A stretch of DNA of 64,000 nucleotides from positions 85,499 through 149,498 of IMG/VR virus record IMGVR_UViG_3300028048_000065; one strand, 5' to 3'. The position numbers were made by a program, and so were the translations under genes. Below, one piece after another: positions 25,637-38,140 of this stretch (within the stretch, counting starts at the first letter, position 1; every line of letters starts with the position of its first letter). A model generated the notes under the pieces. That model had not been told where the DNA came from. It saw only the letters and a list, made by a program, of their open reading frames with translations, and did not search any database. Source of the stretch: a virus. Taxonomy: Duplodnaviria > Caudoviricetes.

Positions 25637-26344
25637 TTATCCCCTTCCCAAATAACTTGAACCCCGCATAAAGCGAATCATCCAAGCCAACCTTCCTTGA
25701 TATGTTGCAATTTCTTCATTCATTTGAGCTATCCATTCATTTTTAGCTTTTAAAATACGGTCATTTGACATAATTTTGAAGTCGCTATCTTGCATAATAT
25801 TGCGTATATCTAACAGCATATTTCTTTCTTCCTCAGCCCATGCTTTTACAAGCAAACGAGCGAGGATGTCTTTAATATATCCTATCGCAACTGCATTACT
25901 GCCTTGCACATTATTATTAAAGTCTTTAAATTCATCTGTAAATTCACCAATATAATACTGTTCAATGGAATATTGCTGTCCTTCTGGAATAATATCAGGA
26001 AATTCAACAGTGCGATTTTCCTTATCTAATTTAGCTTGGACAACAGCTTCTCCTTCAATATAGTAGTAAACACTATTATCAAGTATCTCAAAATCGGGGT
26101 CAAGTGTAAATACTTTATTTACACCATCCCCATTAAAAACTTCCATTGTGCCATTTGGTTCTTTATAATTAGATAAACGCAACGATACTGAAAGAGGATT
26201 GTCAAACATAGCAATCGCATTCTGCAAGTAAGTATACATCAATTTATAAAATTGAAGTTGATTCGTCTCGTAAGCACGAGTTATCTTCGGGTCATCAAAG
26301 AGGGCGATTGCCTTTTTATAAATATCGCTAAATAAAATACCCAC
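25637..26344 (-). CDS. Putative head-tail adaptor protein
   Basis: 235 aa, GTG start with strong RBS, position downstream of capsid. Confidence 0.55.
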   Translation of the reverse strand: MGILFSDIYKKAIALFDDPKITRAYETNQLQFYKLMYTYLQNAIAMFDNPLSVSLRLSNYKEPNGTMEVFNGDGVNKVFTLDPDFEILDNSVYYYIEGEAVVQAKLDKENRTVEFPDIIPEGQQYSIEQYYIGEFTDEFKDFNNNVQGSNAVAIGYIKDILARLLVKAWAEEERNMLLDIRNIMQDSDFKIMSNDRILKAKNEWIAQMNEEIATYQGRLAWMIRFMRGSSYLGRG

Positions 26345-26373
26345 AGATATTTTAATCCTCCTTCCTTTTAATT

Positions 26374-27240
26374 TTACTGAATAGATTTAAAGTTCATCTC
26401 TACAATATAATTTGTAAAGGGGTGCTTAGGGTTGAGACGATTTAGAATCTCAATCTTTCCGCGATTAATATAGTTCTGGTCTCCACTATAACACTTACCC
26501 AGCCAATAAGAACAAATAAAGTCCTTATCTTCATCAGTGAGGTCTTGATAAAAGTCTTCAAGCTCACGTTCAGGCTTCCGATAAAGTGTGCGAAGGTCTT
26601 CCTTGGTAATAATACGCTTACCATCGCGATTCAAGCAAGGCACATTATAACGCTCCGCAATATCCGCAGATTCAGGGCCAAGAACAATGATTTCTTTGTC
26701 AAACCAACGACGATACTTAGAAACACACTCTTCGAATTGTTGCCAACTAAGAAGACGTTGCTCGCCAAAAGTATGGAAATCAATTGAAAGACCAGTCAAA
26801 CGCAGAGCAGTTGAGCCGCCACCAATAATCTCACGATTATGGATTAGAACAACTTCTTTCTCAGATTTACGATTTGCAATAATGTCAAGAAGACGATTAG
26901 TAGTGCTTTCAGCAGTGGAATCTTTTGGCTCAGGAATCATACTGGCTTTCTTTTCAGCCTCCTCAACCTTTGTGTTTGCTTCTTCAATCTGAGCTTTAAG
27001 CTCTTCATTTTCCTTTTTAGCATTTGTCAAATCTGTCTTAAGAGAATCAATAGATTCTTTCATAGATGCAAACATTGCCATAAGGTCAGCCATAGAAGGC
27101 TGTTCCTGCTTTGCGGAGGTTTTTTCTGCCTCTGCTATTGCGGAAGCCGAAACCTCCGCAACAGCGGGCTCATTAATTTGAACTTCAACCTTTTCAGTTT
27201 TAGTAGTTGTACTGTTTTTCTTAGATACTGCCATTTTCAA
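26374..27240 (-). CDS. Hypothetical coiled-coil protein downstream of capsid
   Basis: 288-aa track ORF. Confidence 0.65.
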   Translation of the reverse strand: MKMAVSKKNSTTTKTEKVEVQINEPAVAEVSASAIAEAEKTSAKQEQPSMADLMAMFASMKESIDSLKTDLTNAKKENEELKAQIEEANTKVEEAEKKASMIPEPKDSTAESTTNRLLDIIANRKSEKEVVLIHNREIIGGGSTALRLTGLSIDFHTFGEQRLLSWQQFEECVSKYRRWFDKEIIVLGPESADIAERYNVPCLNRDGKRIITKEDLRTLYRKPERELEDFYQDLTDEDKDFICSYWLGKCYSGDQNYINRGKIEILNRLNPKHPFTNYIVEMNFKSIQ

Positions 27241-27360
27241 GTATCCTCCTTTTAAACCTTTTAAATCTGTATAAATTTATGATTTTATCTTAATGAATAA
27301 AAATCATCTTTTATTTCTCCTTTCGGAGTTTCTTCTTTGCTTTAAGCTATTAACTTAAAA

Positions 27361-29865
27361 TTACTGAAGCTGGATGCAACCGATTTTGGAACCAATCACA
27401 ATGCCAACACCGAGACGCATATCAACGGTGAAGCCATAAGTATGGTCAGCGGCATACATCGGGTCACGCTGAACGCTAACACTATTGCCTTCCATGACAA
27501 CGTGAACAGGCTTGTTAAAGCCAAGAGGAAGCATATAAATAATATCATCATCAAGGACAACTTCAGGAGTGCCGTTGATGGTGTTAGGAACGAGGCAATT
27601 ACCAAGCTCGATTAGAGGAATCTTCTTGTACTCAGGAAGATAACCATCACGAACGATAGAACCAGCCTCACCATAACGGAAGGACTGAGCATCAGCAGGA
27701 AGAACGTCAGCAAGAGCAATGTTAGTACCAAGAGCATAAACCTGAGCACCACCATTGGCAAGAGAAACGTTACGCGCCGTAGTGAGCCAGTTAGCATCAG
27801 TCATACCATTAGCGATATAGCCAGCAATGCCGTGCTCACCAGCGGTGGTGATAACATCGGACATAACCTTAGCGACACGACCCATAACATAAGCGGCAAA
27901 GGAAGCGCCAACCTTGGCAAGAAGAGAACCCCAATTTAATTTTCCTGCGGAAACGTGGTCGAATTTTGTTTAATTATTCTTTTTTATTTTCTTCTTTTAA
28001 ATATTCATCAAGAAAGATTTGCTCAAAATATCTTTCTGTGTGAGTTAAAATTTCAATTTTTTCTTTTAATTGTTCTATAGTTGGAATGTTATGACCGCCT
28101 TTTATTCTTAAAGTTTTATAACCCAGTTTTAATAAAGCTTTATCTCTGGCAAAATCACGTTGCTTATCTTTATGCCAAAACCAACCATCATATTCAACAT
28201 CTATTTTTACTCCATCTATTTCGATAAAACAATCCAAACTTAAATTACTTACGGGATAATTTATTTCAACTGTTTCATATTCATTTAACAACATCTCATA
28301 AATTTGCTGTTGTGGCTTTGATATAGGTATTTTTCCAGATTTAGCAAAAGCCGCTTGCATTTTTTCTCTTATTTCAGGAGACTGACAAATATATTCTACC
28401 CCGTACCTCTCTAAGCACGTCGTTTTACTTTTCTCTCTAACTTCTGGAATGCTAAAAGCGCTTATTACCCCATATTTATCTAACATAGCTTGCTGTGATT
28501 TTTCTTTCATTTCTGGAAGCTAAACAACATATTCTACGCCATAACGTTCTAAATTTGTTTTCTTTATCTTTTCAACAATTTCTGGAACTTGCATAAAATT
28601 TTCTGTCCCATATTTTTCTTTGCAAGTATTTTTAGCCTTTTCCTTTGAAGATTCAAGTTTGGCTGGATTACTTACTCCATATTTTTTTAAACAAGTTTCA
28701 CGAGTCTGATTTGCTTTTTTTGACAATTCTTCTTTATTAGAATTAAAACATTCTTTGCAAAAATACTTACCGTCATGTTTAGAAATTCTTTTTAAATAAA
28801 TTCGATAAGTCATAATTAATTCCTTGCCACACTTATCACAAATGGCAGTAATTTCACGACAACTTCCTTTTGACAAATCTTCTACTTTTACTTCTAATTC
28901 TTTTTTATTTGTCCAATCATATCCTAAATCTGTAAATCTACGATATGCTGTAGCAGTTAAAGGAATTGTTAAAGTTTTTTCTTTTATCATGTTTTCTCCA
29001 CATTTTTATATTAAAAAAGAATAATTTATCTTTGCTTTTCAACAAAGTCAAGACTATATCATCATCATTTTCAGATGCTTACCATATCAGAGAATTGAGC
29101 ATTTCTCTTACTCTTTAAAAAGATAGTCGTTGAGCCTAAATCTCATTAAATTTTTGGCTGCTGATTTACTATTATTAAAGCACTTAGGATTTAACCTTAT
29201 GCCATTCAACTAATTTTTTCTACTTTCGTCACCGTCACGCCTAAGCTTATTTCATCTTTACGTTGTGGTTTAGCTGACTTTAAGTATTTCCAGCAATTAA
29301 GTAAGTTTATTAATATGTATATTTCTATACACTCTGGCTACCATGCTTTTCCGCATTAAGCAATTTTTAACCAGTCACAATAGAGGCTAATGGTCTGACG
29401 TTGAGCCTGAATGGTGTATTCAGTGTTGCTTGCAGTCTGCTGCGCACCATTGCGGATACCTTCAGCAAGGTCATTAACAATGAAGAGCTCATTGCTCTCG
29501 ACTTGGAAAGCTGCGGAGTCGCCAAAACCAACCTGAGTTACATCATAGAGCTGGTCATAGCCAGAAGCGACAACAGTAGGAATAACGGGAGTAAGAATCT
29601 GAGCAAGAACGACATCGAACTTCTCAAGGAAGGAGCTATTCTTGTGAACCATAGGATTCTTAATATCCTCAAGACCATTGTAATTCATAACATTACCCTC
29701 GGCGCAGAACTTCATGAGAGATTCATTGAACTGCTTGTTAGCTTCGGAATACTCATGAGTATTGCCCTTGCCCTCAAGGAAAGCCTGAGTCAGAGCATAA
29801 CCAGATTCAACAATGCCGTCAAGAGCTTCATCGTTGAACTTATTGTAGCTAAAAATGTGTTTCAT
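27361..29865 (-). CDS. Major capsid protein, exons 29865-29370 and 27959-27361 (364 aa)
   Basis: Splicing gives ...SLYCDW-Y-HVSAGKLNWG.... Size, codon bias and position after protease and decoration genes fit. Confidence 0.85.
27960..29369 (-). mobile_element. Group I intron in capsid gene carrying a homing endonuclease (1,410 nt)
   Basis: AATTGCTGGAAA, AATCAGCAG, TCAACGACTA and GATATAGTC motifs. Exon CUGGU pairs with GCCAG; ends in G. Confidence 0.9.
27974..28990 (-). CDS. Intron-encoded homing endonuclease (Zn ribbon, KYGV repeats, Vsr/DUF559-like nuclease), 338 aa
   Basis: Two track ORFs join at TAG 28520. CxxC pairs and EYDGWFWH motif; lies 3' of the S element. Confidence 0.8.
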
Positions 29866-29935
29866 AACAACATAATCCTCCTTAATCTAATCTTTTTAAG
29901 TATATATTCAAAACCATCTCATCTATCCGCGAGGA

Positions 29936-30457
29936 TTAGACGGACAGAACGGTGCAGTAAGCCTTCTTACCAGCATTGACCTGACCCATAATTTTATCGG
30001 TCACATACTCAACCTTAAAGGTAAAGCCCTCACCCTCAGTACCAGCAACATAAGAACCATCAGCGGAACCAGTGTAGACAGTACCATCAACGGGAGCAAC
30101 AGAGAAGTTGTCATCTGCGAGGTAGAACTCATCACCGACTTGAGGAATACGAACGCGAGTGTTCTCATTAGCAGGAACGGGAAGACCGCAAATCTTGCTA
30201 CCAATACGATAAACTACGCCAACAATCGTACCCTGAGGAACACCAACATAGTCAACAATACCATAGCGCTTGCCCTTGGTATAACCAGCGGTAAGCTTAC
30301 GGGCATTCATATCCTTAACATTCTTATAAACAGCATGGTCGCAGAGGTCGCCAATAGTAACGATAGAACCATCGGCAAGCTCGTTTTCGCAACGACCAGT
30401 CACGAGATAGCTCTGAACATCTTCGGAAGCCATCAGGATTTTCTCGATGAATTTCAT
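29936..30457 (-). CDS. Putative capsid decoration protein
   Basis: 173 aa immediately upstream of capsid with the same codon bias. Confidence 0.6.
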   Translation of the reverse strand: MKFIEKILMASEDVQSYLVTGRCENELADGSIVTIGDLCDHAVYKNVKDMNARKLTAGYTKGKRYGIVDYVGVPQGTIVGVVYRIGSKICGLPVPANENTRVRIPQVGDEFYLADDNFSVAPVDGTVYTGSADGSYVAGTEGEGFTFKVEYVTDKIMGQVNAGKKAYCTVLSV

Positions 30458-30480
30458 AATATTATTTCCTCCTATTATAG

Positions 30481-32475
30481 TTAAATTTTATTGAGATTTG
30501 CAATAGCATTCTTCAAATCCTCCATACTATTCTTAGCAGTATTAGCCACAACAGTAGAAGTCTCTTTGATTATGCTTACGCTAAAGTCTTTTTCAACTTT
30601 AGAGCTTTTAGCCATCTTTTTTTGCTGATAAAGAGCATCAGCAATAAGATGTTCAGCGGCTTCCTGAGCAGTCTCATTTGCACTATAGGAGCTCTTATCG
30701 CAATTCTCTTTCATAGCATTTTTAATAATATCTTTATTTTCAGCAGTAAGGTCTTCCTCACTGTCGATAACAGAACAAACAAAAGAGTAGATTTCTGCAT
30801 TCTTAGTAGCGGCAAATTTTGCCTCATAATCAGCAATAATCTCACTCATCTTAATGAACTCAGCTTTGAATTCGTCCTCAGTATAAGTTTTATCCCCAAC
30901 GGTAAAGACAACTTGCTCTTTTTCGGGCTCATTAGGAATTTCCTCGGAGCACTTTTCAATAGCGCCAACAGACTCGGCAGACTCTTCCTCTTTCTTATCT
31001 TCATCGGAATCATCGCCCTTATCATCTTCATCCTTATCATCTTTATCGTCTTCGCTCATCTTACATTCATCCTCAGACATCTTGCACTCATCATTTTCAG
31101 ACATCTTGCATTCGTCTTCAGAAGCAGATTCGCAGTCTTTGTTTTCCCCGTCGGAATTTTCAGCACACTCTTCCTTAGATTCACACTCACAGCCATCTTC
31201 ACTCATCTTGCACTCATCCTCAGACATTTTACATTCCTCTTCAGGCTAGCAAGATTCACACTTCTTTTCCTCAGCAGATTCGTCTTCTTTCTTTTCGTCA
31301 GTAGACTCTTCTTCCTTCTTATCTTCGGCTTCAACTTCTTTATTTTCACAAGACTCTTTTTCCTTTTCAGGCTCATTAGTCTTTTCCTCAAAGTTTTCTT
31401 TTTCTGCCTCGGCTTCGTTCTCATCATACTTTCTCCAAGAACGAATAACAGACTGTTTTGCGCTTTCATCGACAGAAATAACAGCTTTACCGTCTTCACC
31501 AACCTCAAAAGAATAAGGCGCGGAGAAAGTACCTTCGCCTTCAATTTCATAATAAACTTCGGTTTCGCTTATATCCACAACCCAGACATAGCGATTATCA
31601 TTGGTTAAGAAATCCTGTAACATCTGTCTTTTTTCATTAAGCGTATACATTGGAACTGTTTCTCCTCCTCTCTCGTCATTATCCATTTTAATTTCTTCCG
31701 TATCTTCGTTATTAATAGGAGAATCGGAGAAATTTGATTTATTTATATTTGAATTATCATTTGATTCAGGAGTAATACCAAGAGACTTATCGAGTTCTTG
31801 ATAAGCAAAAGTTAAGCTCTTCTTACGCATCTGATAAGATTCAGTTCCCTCAAGTTCAGGAATAGAAATATTCGCATTAGGAATAGCCTCTGTATAATCA
31901 GAGCCAAGAATGGTAATACCCATTAGGCTAAATTCATCAATAACTTCAATACCATCATTATCAATATGCGACTTAGTAACTTCTACCTCAACAGATACTT
32001 TTTTACCTTTTGATTTCAGAAGCTTTTTAACTTGACGATAAGAATAATTAACCCAAAGTGCAGCAGAGAGAGAAATCCACTTAAGTCCATCTTTTTCAAT
32101 CAATTCAACACGGTCTTTAGAACGCACAAGACCAAGCGGAACTTCATTGCGGCCACCAGTTGTATCTTCATGCACTCCATATTCGTCATGAATTAAAGAA
32201 GTATTATGTCCTAAATAATCTTCTTTTAACGTATCAAAAGCACCAAGAATAGGCTTCTCATAGAACGTAGGAATAGCATTCCTCATAGAATCTTCTGTAA
32301 AATAACTCTTATTGCGATTTGGATAAACATTTGAAATAGCCATTATATCAACTGCTAAAAACTCCTTATTTAAAAGCGTTTTAATGCGGAGTTGTTCAGG
32401 AGAAAGTTCAAAAGTTAATTTCTTTTTACTTTCGTTCAATAACTTTTCCCTCCTTTCCTCAAAAATAAAACTCAC
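30481..32475 (-). CDS. Prohead protease-scaffold protein, 664 aa with TAG=Gln
   Basis: N-terminal protease-like region (NRNKSYF, GH, VSVEV, GITILG) and acidic C-terminus; joined at TAG 31246. Confidence 0.75.
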
Positions 32476-32565
32476 CTTTTATTACGTTCATCCACCTTTC
32501 GTAATAAACATCCATCTCAGGAATAATTTTGGAGTAAGGTTTACTTATATTTATATAAAACATAT

Positions 32566-33135
32566 TTAATTTTCTTTTAGTTTGTTTAATTGCTTTTGCC
32601 TATGTTCTTCATAAGATTTCTTTATTTCGTTAATACTATTTACTGCCACACTATTTTTAAAATTTGGATGAGCGGAACAATATTCTTCATAGTTATCACA
32701 GCATCCTAAAATTTCAACATAATGTTCTTCACCATGAGGAATATTATTTAAAAGTTCATCACTAAAGCGCAAAATTCTGGCTCTGGCTTGTTTGGCTTCA
32801 TTTTCATCAACAATATTTCTTAATTTATCTACTTTTCCGCCTATACCGTTTATATCATTTTTCATAGTATTAACGTCTGTTTTAACCAAAGCAACGTCGC
32901 TGTGCAACGTGGCGACATCTCTTTTCATGCCTCCAATGTCTTCCTTTACGCCACTTAAGTCCCTTTTAAAACCATCCATTTTCTCATTTAATTCAGCATT
33001 CATCAATCTGCCTAAAAACTTAAGCACAGAATTCCAAGGATTGATTTTAATGGGAGCGATTTGAATTAAAGTGAGAAGTATGATTAAACCCCAACCAGAG
33101 TTGGAAAGTAAATCCTTCAATTGAAGTAAATCCAA
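32566..33135 (-). CDS. Membrane-anchored coiled-coil protein, possibly lysis related
   Basis: N-terminal TM segment with IKINPW, heptad repeats. Confidence 0.55.
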   Translation of the reverse strand: MDLLQLKDLLSNSGWGLIILLTLIQIAPIKINPWNSVLKFLGRLMNAELNEKMDGFKRDLSGVKEDIGGMKRDVATLHSDVALVKTDVNTMKNDINGIGGKVDKLRNIVDENEAKQARARILRFSDELLNNIPHGEEHYVEILGCCDNYEEYCSAHPNFKNSVAVNSINEIKKSYEEHRQKQLNKLKEN

Positions 33136-33172
33136 GCTAATCTCCTCCTTCCCTTAATAATCGTCCCAACTA

Positions 33173-33691
33173 TTAAATCACAGTGAAATCTTCAAAATCA
33201 ATGTCGAATTTATAGACCTTGCCATCATTTAGATATTTTTTTGCTTTTCCACGCCAAATGTCACTTTGATGGACAAGTCCGCTCATAATACGAGCAAACT
33301 CTTCAAGTTCCAGCACCAAAACCTTACAACCTTTTTCATAATCTAAAATCTCAATAGCATTAAGAACAGAATCTTTTAGGGTTGTAACATTGCGATAATT
33401 ATCCTCAAAAGCATCTACTATATTTGTATATTCCTCATCGTTTCCAGCTTGAGAACCCCTGTGAGGAACGATGCCTTCATTTACAAGAATTTCGCTCCAA
33501 TGGTCAGCGAAAGTATCTGAAGGCCAAATATGAGCAAACTTTAGATGATAAATACTCGAAGCTTTAGGGCATTCGAGATAACTATCTAAAGCATACGCAA
33601 TATTATCGCAGTCTTGATTCATCTGAAAAAATGAAGTTAATAAGTCATTGCACAGTTTTTTTATTTCTGGGGTAAAATTATTTTTAACCAT
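33173..33691 (-). CDS. Hypothetical helical protein, possibly ferritin-like
   Basis: 172 aa with His/Glu/Asp spacing typical of a four-helix bundle. Confidence 0.45.
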   Translation of the reverse strand: MVKNNFTPEIKKLCNDLLTSFFQMNQDCDNIAYALDSYLECPKASSIYHLKFAHIWPSDTFADHWSEILVNEGIVPHRGSQAGNDEEYTNIVDAFEDNYRNVTTLKDSVLNAIEILDYEKGCKVLVLELEEFARIMSGLVHQSDIWRGKAKKYLNDGKVYKFDIDFEDFTVI

Positions 33692-33717
33692 ACTTAACTC
33701 CTTTCCTACATTTTTAC

Positions 33718-33912
33718 TTACTCTTCACTATATGAACCGTCACTATTTTGCACAAACTTAAAACCTTGATTGCAAAGTTTACACACGCAAATTAATGTCG
33801 GAGGAACAGTCATAACCCTTTTAGGCAGAATTCTAAGAGTATTATTTTCACAATTTAAGTCGTGAACACACACATCTTTATTTTCTACCACCATTTTTTT
33901 AATCTGTTTCAT
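33718..33912 (-). CDS. Small Cys-rich protein
   Basis: 64 aa, CxH and CxxC. Confidence 0.55.
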   Translation of the reverse strand: MKQIKKMVVENKDVCVHDLNCENNTLRILPKRVMTVPPTLICVCKLCNQGFKFVQNSDGSYSEE

Positions 33913-33914
33913 TT

Positions 33915-36900
33915 TTATTCATCCTCTTTGTCTTGTTCACCTTTTATGCCCATAACTTCTCGAATACGCTCATCATATTTTTCTTCCAAACATTCATCAC
34001 AAATACCTTCTTCGCCATAATCCAGCTCTTTGCCACAAATAGCACATTTAGCTACGCTAAATTCCTTGATGTCAGAAACATTAGTCCCATTGTCCGCAGA
34101 AGTAGCAGTAGAATCGTTTGTTATTTCATCTTCATCAAGTTTAGGTCTGCCAACATTATCTTTAGAAGTTACTTTCTCCTCAGAAGTTGTAGTTGTAGTT
34201 TTAGCAGAAATTTTGTTTGTTGCGGTCTTTAACGCGAGCCTATTCGACTCTTCAACATTTTCTTGAGCGAGAACCTTTTCAACTTTAATATTAAGTTCTT
34301 TCATCCAAGAAGTTGAAGTAGAATAATCAAGGACACTCATTCCCATAGCAGAAAGCAGTTTCGGGAACATCCCTTCAACACCAGAGAACACCAATTCTTT
34401 AAGTTGTTTAGTTTCCTCATTATGAGTGAAAATACCACCCCAAAGATAGATTCTCCATTTATATTTTAAACCAAGAGTATTATTAATTATATAATTCATA
34501 TAGCTTTCATATTGACGAACCATATAATCAACACGAGACTCTTGAATATATTGAGCCGCCTTAACAGATGCGATACTGGGCTTATCAGTAATACTCATAA
34601 GAGCAGAATTGCCAGATGTTGCAATCAAATCACGAGTACGGTCATAAATAATATCCATATTCTCAGGTTGATTTTCAAGTGTATGTAATTCAAATTCTTT
34701 AAAGGGAGCAAAAAAGCTCATAATATTAGAAGATACGCTGGAATTAAATAGGTCACTATAGCCCATTACTGTATCTGCGCTAATTGCTGTAGAATCCTTA
34801 CCCGCACTCGGGTCTTTCCATTATTATTTGTTTAGTATTAGAATATTTAAATTCCTGAGATTATCAATCTCAATACCGTTACTTTCGTAACCACAATATT
34901 TCTATTGTGTGCAGACTATATCTTCATCTATTTAAATAGATGTCTACCACTTCGGTTTGATTGATGAAGTCAAACCTACTCCCCTAAAGGGATAGTCGTT
35001 GAGCCTTCTCATTTAAGAGCTTGGCTGCTGATTGTCCATTTCAGTTACATTTTCTAAATAAAAAATAAATTTATGTCCTTTGACAGCATTTAATTTCCCT
35101 TTACAAACTTTCAAAATACCAGACGAGTCAACATTTAAATCTCTACCCGCATCCGCTGCATTGTTGTAAATCTTACCAGATTCGACTTCCTATATTGGGC
35201 GATAAGGACGACTTTCCAATTTAGGATTATAATTGCCAGATAAATAATCCTTTTGATATGCAAAACGATGTCCCCCTGTAGTAATTCGGATACCTCTACA
35301 TACGTCTCTTATTTTTATCATATTAATCCCTAATTTTTCAGACGCTTCTTTGGCAGATTCATACACTTCTCCCGTATCAATATCTATTATTCTTTTATTC
35401 TTACCTCTGGTTTTAATTTCATAATCCCCCGTTAAATAATCTTCTAAATAACAAAATTGATAACCGTTTGCAGATTTAGCTCTTCCTTTGCAACAAGCAG
35501 TAATATTAGATGCCTGAATAATTTTTAATAGGCGAGCGGCCTCTTCCGCACTTGGATAGATAGTGCCAGCAATTAATTCTACGACAGGTTTCCCATTCAT
35601 CTGCTAACTCAATAAAGCCGCACGAGACTGCGCTTCAGCATAATCTTTAACACTTACTTTGTAATATCGTTTTGTATCCCCGTCCGTTTTGTGACACATT
35701 AACCACCACGCAAACTATAAAGATTTTACGTCTGGATTTTCTATTGCCAAAAGTTTATGACAATAATAATGTTCTTCAGGGAAAAGAATAATAATATTAT
35801 CTTTATTATCTTTTCCTCCCATGCATTTTGGAAGAATATGATGGCCTTCAGTATAAATATTTTCAGGTCTGTTTTTCTTTCCTAAATTTCTAATTGTTTT
35901 CAACCTGTTAATATAATCCTAATACGACTCGTTTTCGTTAGGTTCTATATACATTGCATAAGTCATAATATTCCTCCCCTCTTATTTATTTTTTGTTTTA
36001 TTTTTTATTTAGTAACTCTCTTCCGTAGGTTTTAACCATAGAAGAATCTTAGTCATTATTTCTCTTTTCAGAACCCTTTAAGGTTGACTAAGCTTTAGGA
36101 TTTTCCAGCATTTCGATAGATAATTTTTCGAACATATTACTATGAACGTGGTCTATTTTTTCTAAACCAAAGGAACTTCAGCAGTAAGAATACTTGTAAC
36201 ACCCTTACTTAACAAATTAGCCTGTAACCAACGATAATCATCAAGTTCATTTAAGTCATTAAACAAACCGATAGCATCAGGCAACATATTAGGATGAGCA
36301 CCATCACTATAGAAAGTGTAACACAAATCTTGAGGAAGTTGTACCCAATAAAAATAAGCATCTCCCTTACTCTCAAGAATACCCCCACGAGGCAATTTAG
36401 CTCTTGGATTTACTTTCTTGTTACCCTTTTTATCCTCAATGATAATTCCACTTTCAAGCATTTCTGCCCAAGTATCTCTAATAAACTAAGGATATTGGTC
36501 AACACTATACGCAGGTTGTAAAAAAATCATCATATTAAAGCTTGCAATAAACTTCTATCTACTACCAAATCCAGTCATTTTAATCATGTCTGTATTTAAT
36601 TTCTGCAAACTCCAAAAATCAACAGAATCTTTATCATAACTTAATCTTGTAAGATAGCTACTTTTACCCTCAAGACTTACTTGAGTGGTAACAGTTTTCC
36701 ATGTTAAATTGGGCTCAAAAGACTTAATAGCCTTGTCAACCATTTCAGCTTCTTTTTTAAAATCATCTTTCTTTAAATCAGCTTCTTTAACATACTAAGG
36801 GAGATAATACCAATTATACTTTGCAGTATCACGGTTCAGTTTAATTAATAGATTATATACATAATTTGTATAATAGAGCCACATACTAAGTTGCATAAGT

Positions 36901-37238
36901 GGCTTTTCACTATTTTCAGGATTAGACAAAGCATCTTGAACAACTTCTTGGTCTAATTTCTTAGCAGGAGAATTGATTTGCTTAATCCTCGCATTTTGCA
37001 AAAATGGATTATTGAGTTGGCTCCAAGCGCCATTCCAATTTGCAGCAATCGTCTTAAAATCAGAATTTGCGTAGGCACTAAAAACTCTTTGCCATCTTTC
37101 CTGAACTTGAGATAAAGTAATTTTTTCTTCTCTAACTTGTTCAGAAGACATATTTATAGTTTTAGATTGCTCATTTTCAACAGAGCTAACTTCTGGCTCT
37201 TTTTTCTTGGGGCGACCCCTTTTTTTCTTTTCGTCCAT
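33915..37238 (-). CDS. Portal protein, exons 37238-36165 and 34817-33915 (~658 aa), TAG=Gln
   Basis: Three fragments join across TAG; splice gives AEVPLV-KDPSAG. C-terminal GRPK motif; position upstream of protease. Confidence 0.8.
34818..36164 (-). mobile_element. Group I intron in portal gene carrying an HNH endonuclease (1,347 nt)
   Basis: P near 36105, Q near 35028, R near 35000, S near 34920. Exon UGGUU pairs with GACCA; ends in G. Confidence 0.9.
35013..35966 (-). CDS. Intron-encoded HNH homing endonuclease with NUMOD1-like repeats, 317 aa
   Basis: EGHHILPKCMGG...N...EEHYYCH and three helix-turn-helix-like repeats. Several TAGs; own RBS. Confidence 0.85.
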
Positions 37239-37247
37239 TCGAAAAAA

Positions 37248-37640
37248 TCATTCCTCCTTTCCATCATTTTCTTTCAAAGATTCTTGCATCTTTTCTTCAA
37301 AAATATCAATAGCTTTCATAGCCATCTTTAATTTTTTTTGATTCTCAATTTCATAGCGTTGTCTATCAATACGAACAAGATTTTCTTTACACCAATCCTA
37401 ATAAAAAGGAGTTTCTTTTCCTAAATTATCTTCTGTAATTTCAATAGTAAAATAATCTTTAGCAGGTTTTAAAGTTTTCTTTAACACTTCTAAAGCTTGC
37501 TCTCTATTTACATAGTTGGCTACAGCAATATAAAGCACCCCATCGGCATAAACAAAATAAAAATATTCTTTTAATTTATCAAATATTTTTACAAGACGCT
37601 CATCTTGATTAAAATTTCCTATGATTTTATAAACCAGCAT
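37248..37640 (-). CDS. Hypothetical protein, 130 aa, one TAG
   Basis: Continues past TAG 37398 to TGA 37248. Confidence 0.65.
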
Positions 37641-37789
37641 TAATTTGCCCTTTTAACCTTTATCTTTTTATTTTTGAGGAATCCATTTCATATCCTCTAT
37701 AACGACCTCGAAGCAGGAGATAGGCTTCAAGGCCGCTAACAAGATACGAACGTTCTTATCTCACTCTCTCTTATAACATAGAGAAAGCG

Positions 37790-38140
37790 TCAGTCTCCCA
37801 AAATTGTTTGAATAATGGGGGTGATGGCCTCGATGCCATATTTATCGGCAGTTTCAGCAATGAAACCTTGTGTAATCTTAAGTTTATTTTCCGCTTTAGA
37901 CTTATAAGCATAGCAACCCGTATAAACGCCAGTTTCGCCCCAACATAAAGCGCAAAGAGTACCAAGAGTTGAAGTATCACCAAGGCCCATTACACAGCAA
38001 TAAATTGTAACAAGAGTCACAACAATAGTTACGGTCCAACTTGCATAACCCCACTTTTTCATTGTGGGCGTTTTTACCTTAACTGTAATTTCAGTAGTAT
38101 TATCTTCGGTCTTTTTATCTAATGTAGCCAATGGAATCAC
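37790..38140 (-). CDS. Two-TM holin-like membrane protein
   Basis: Two hydrophobic segments followed by YAYKSKAEN. Confidence 0.55.
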   Translation of the reverse strand: MIPLATLDKKTEDNTTEITVKVKTPTMKKWGYASWTVTIVVTLVTIYCCVMGLGDTSTLGTLCALCWGETGVYTGCYAYKSKAENKLKITQGFIAETADKYGIEAITPIIQTILGD

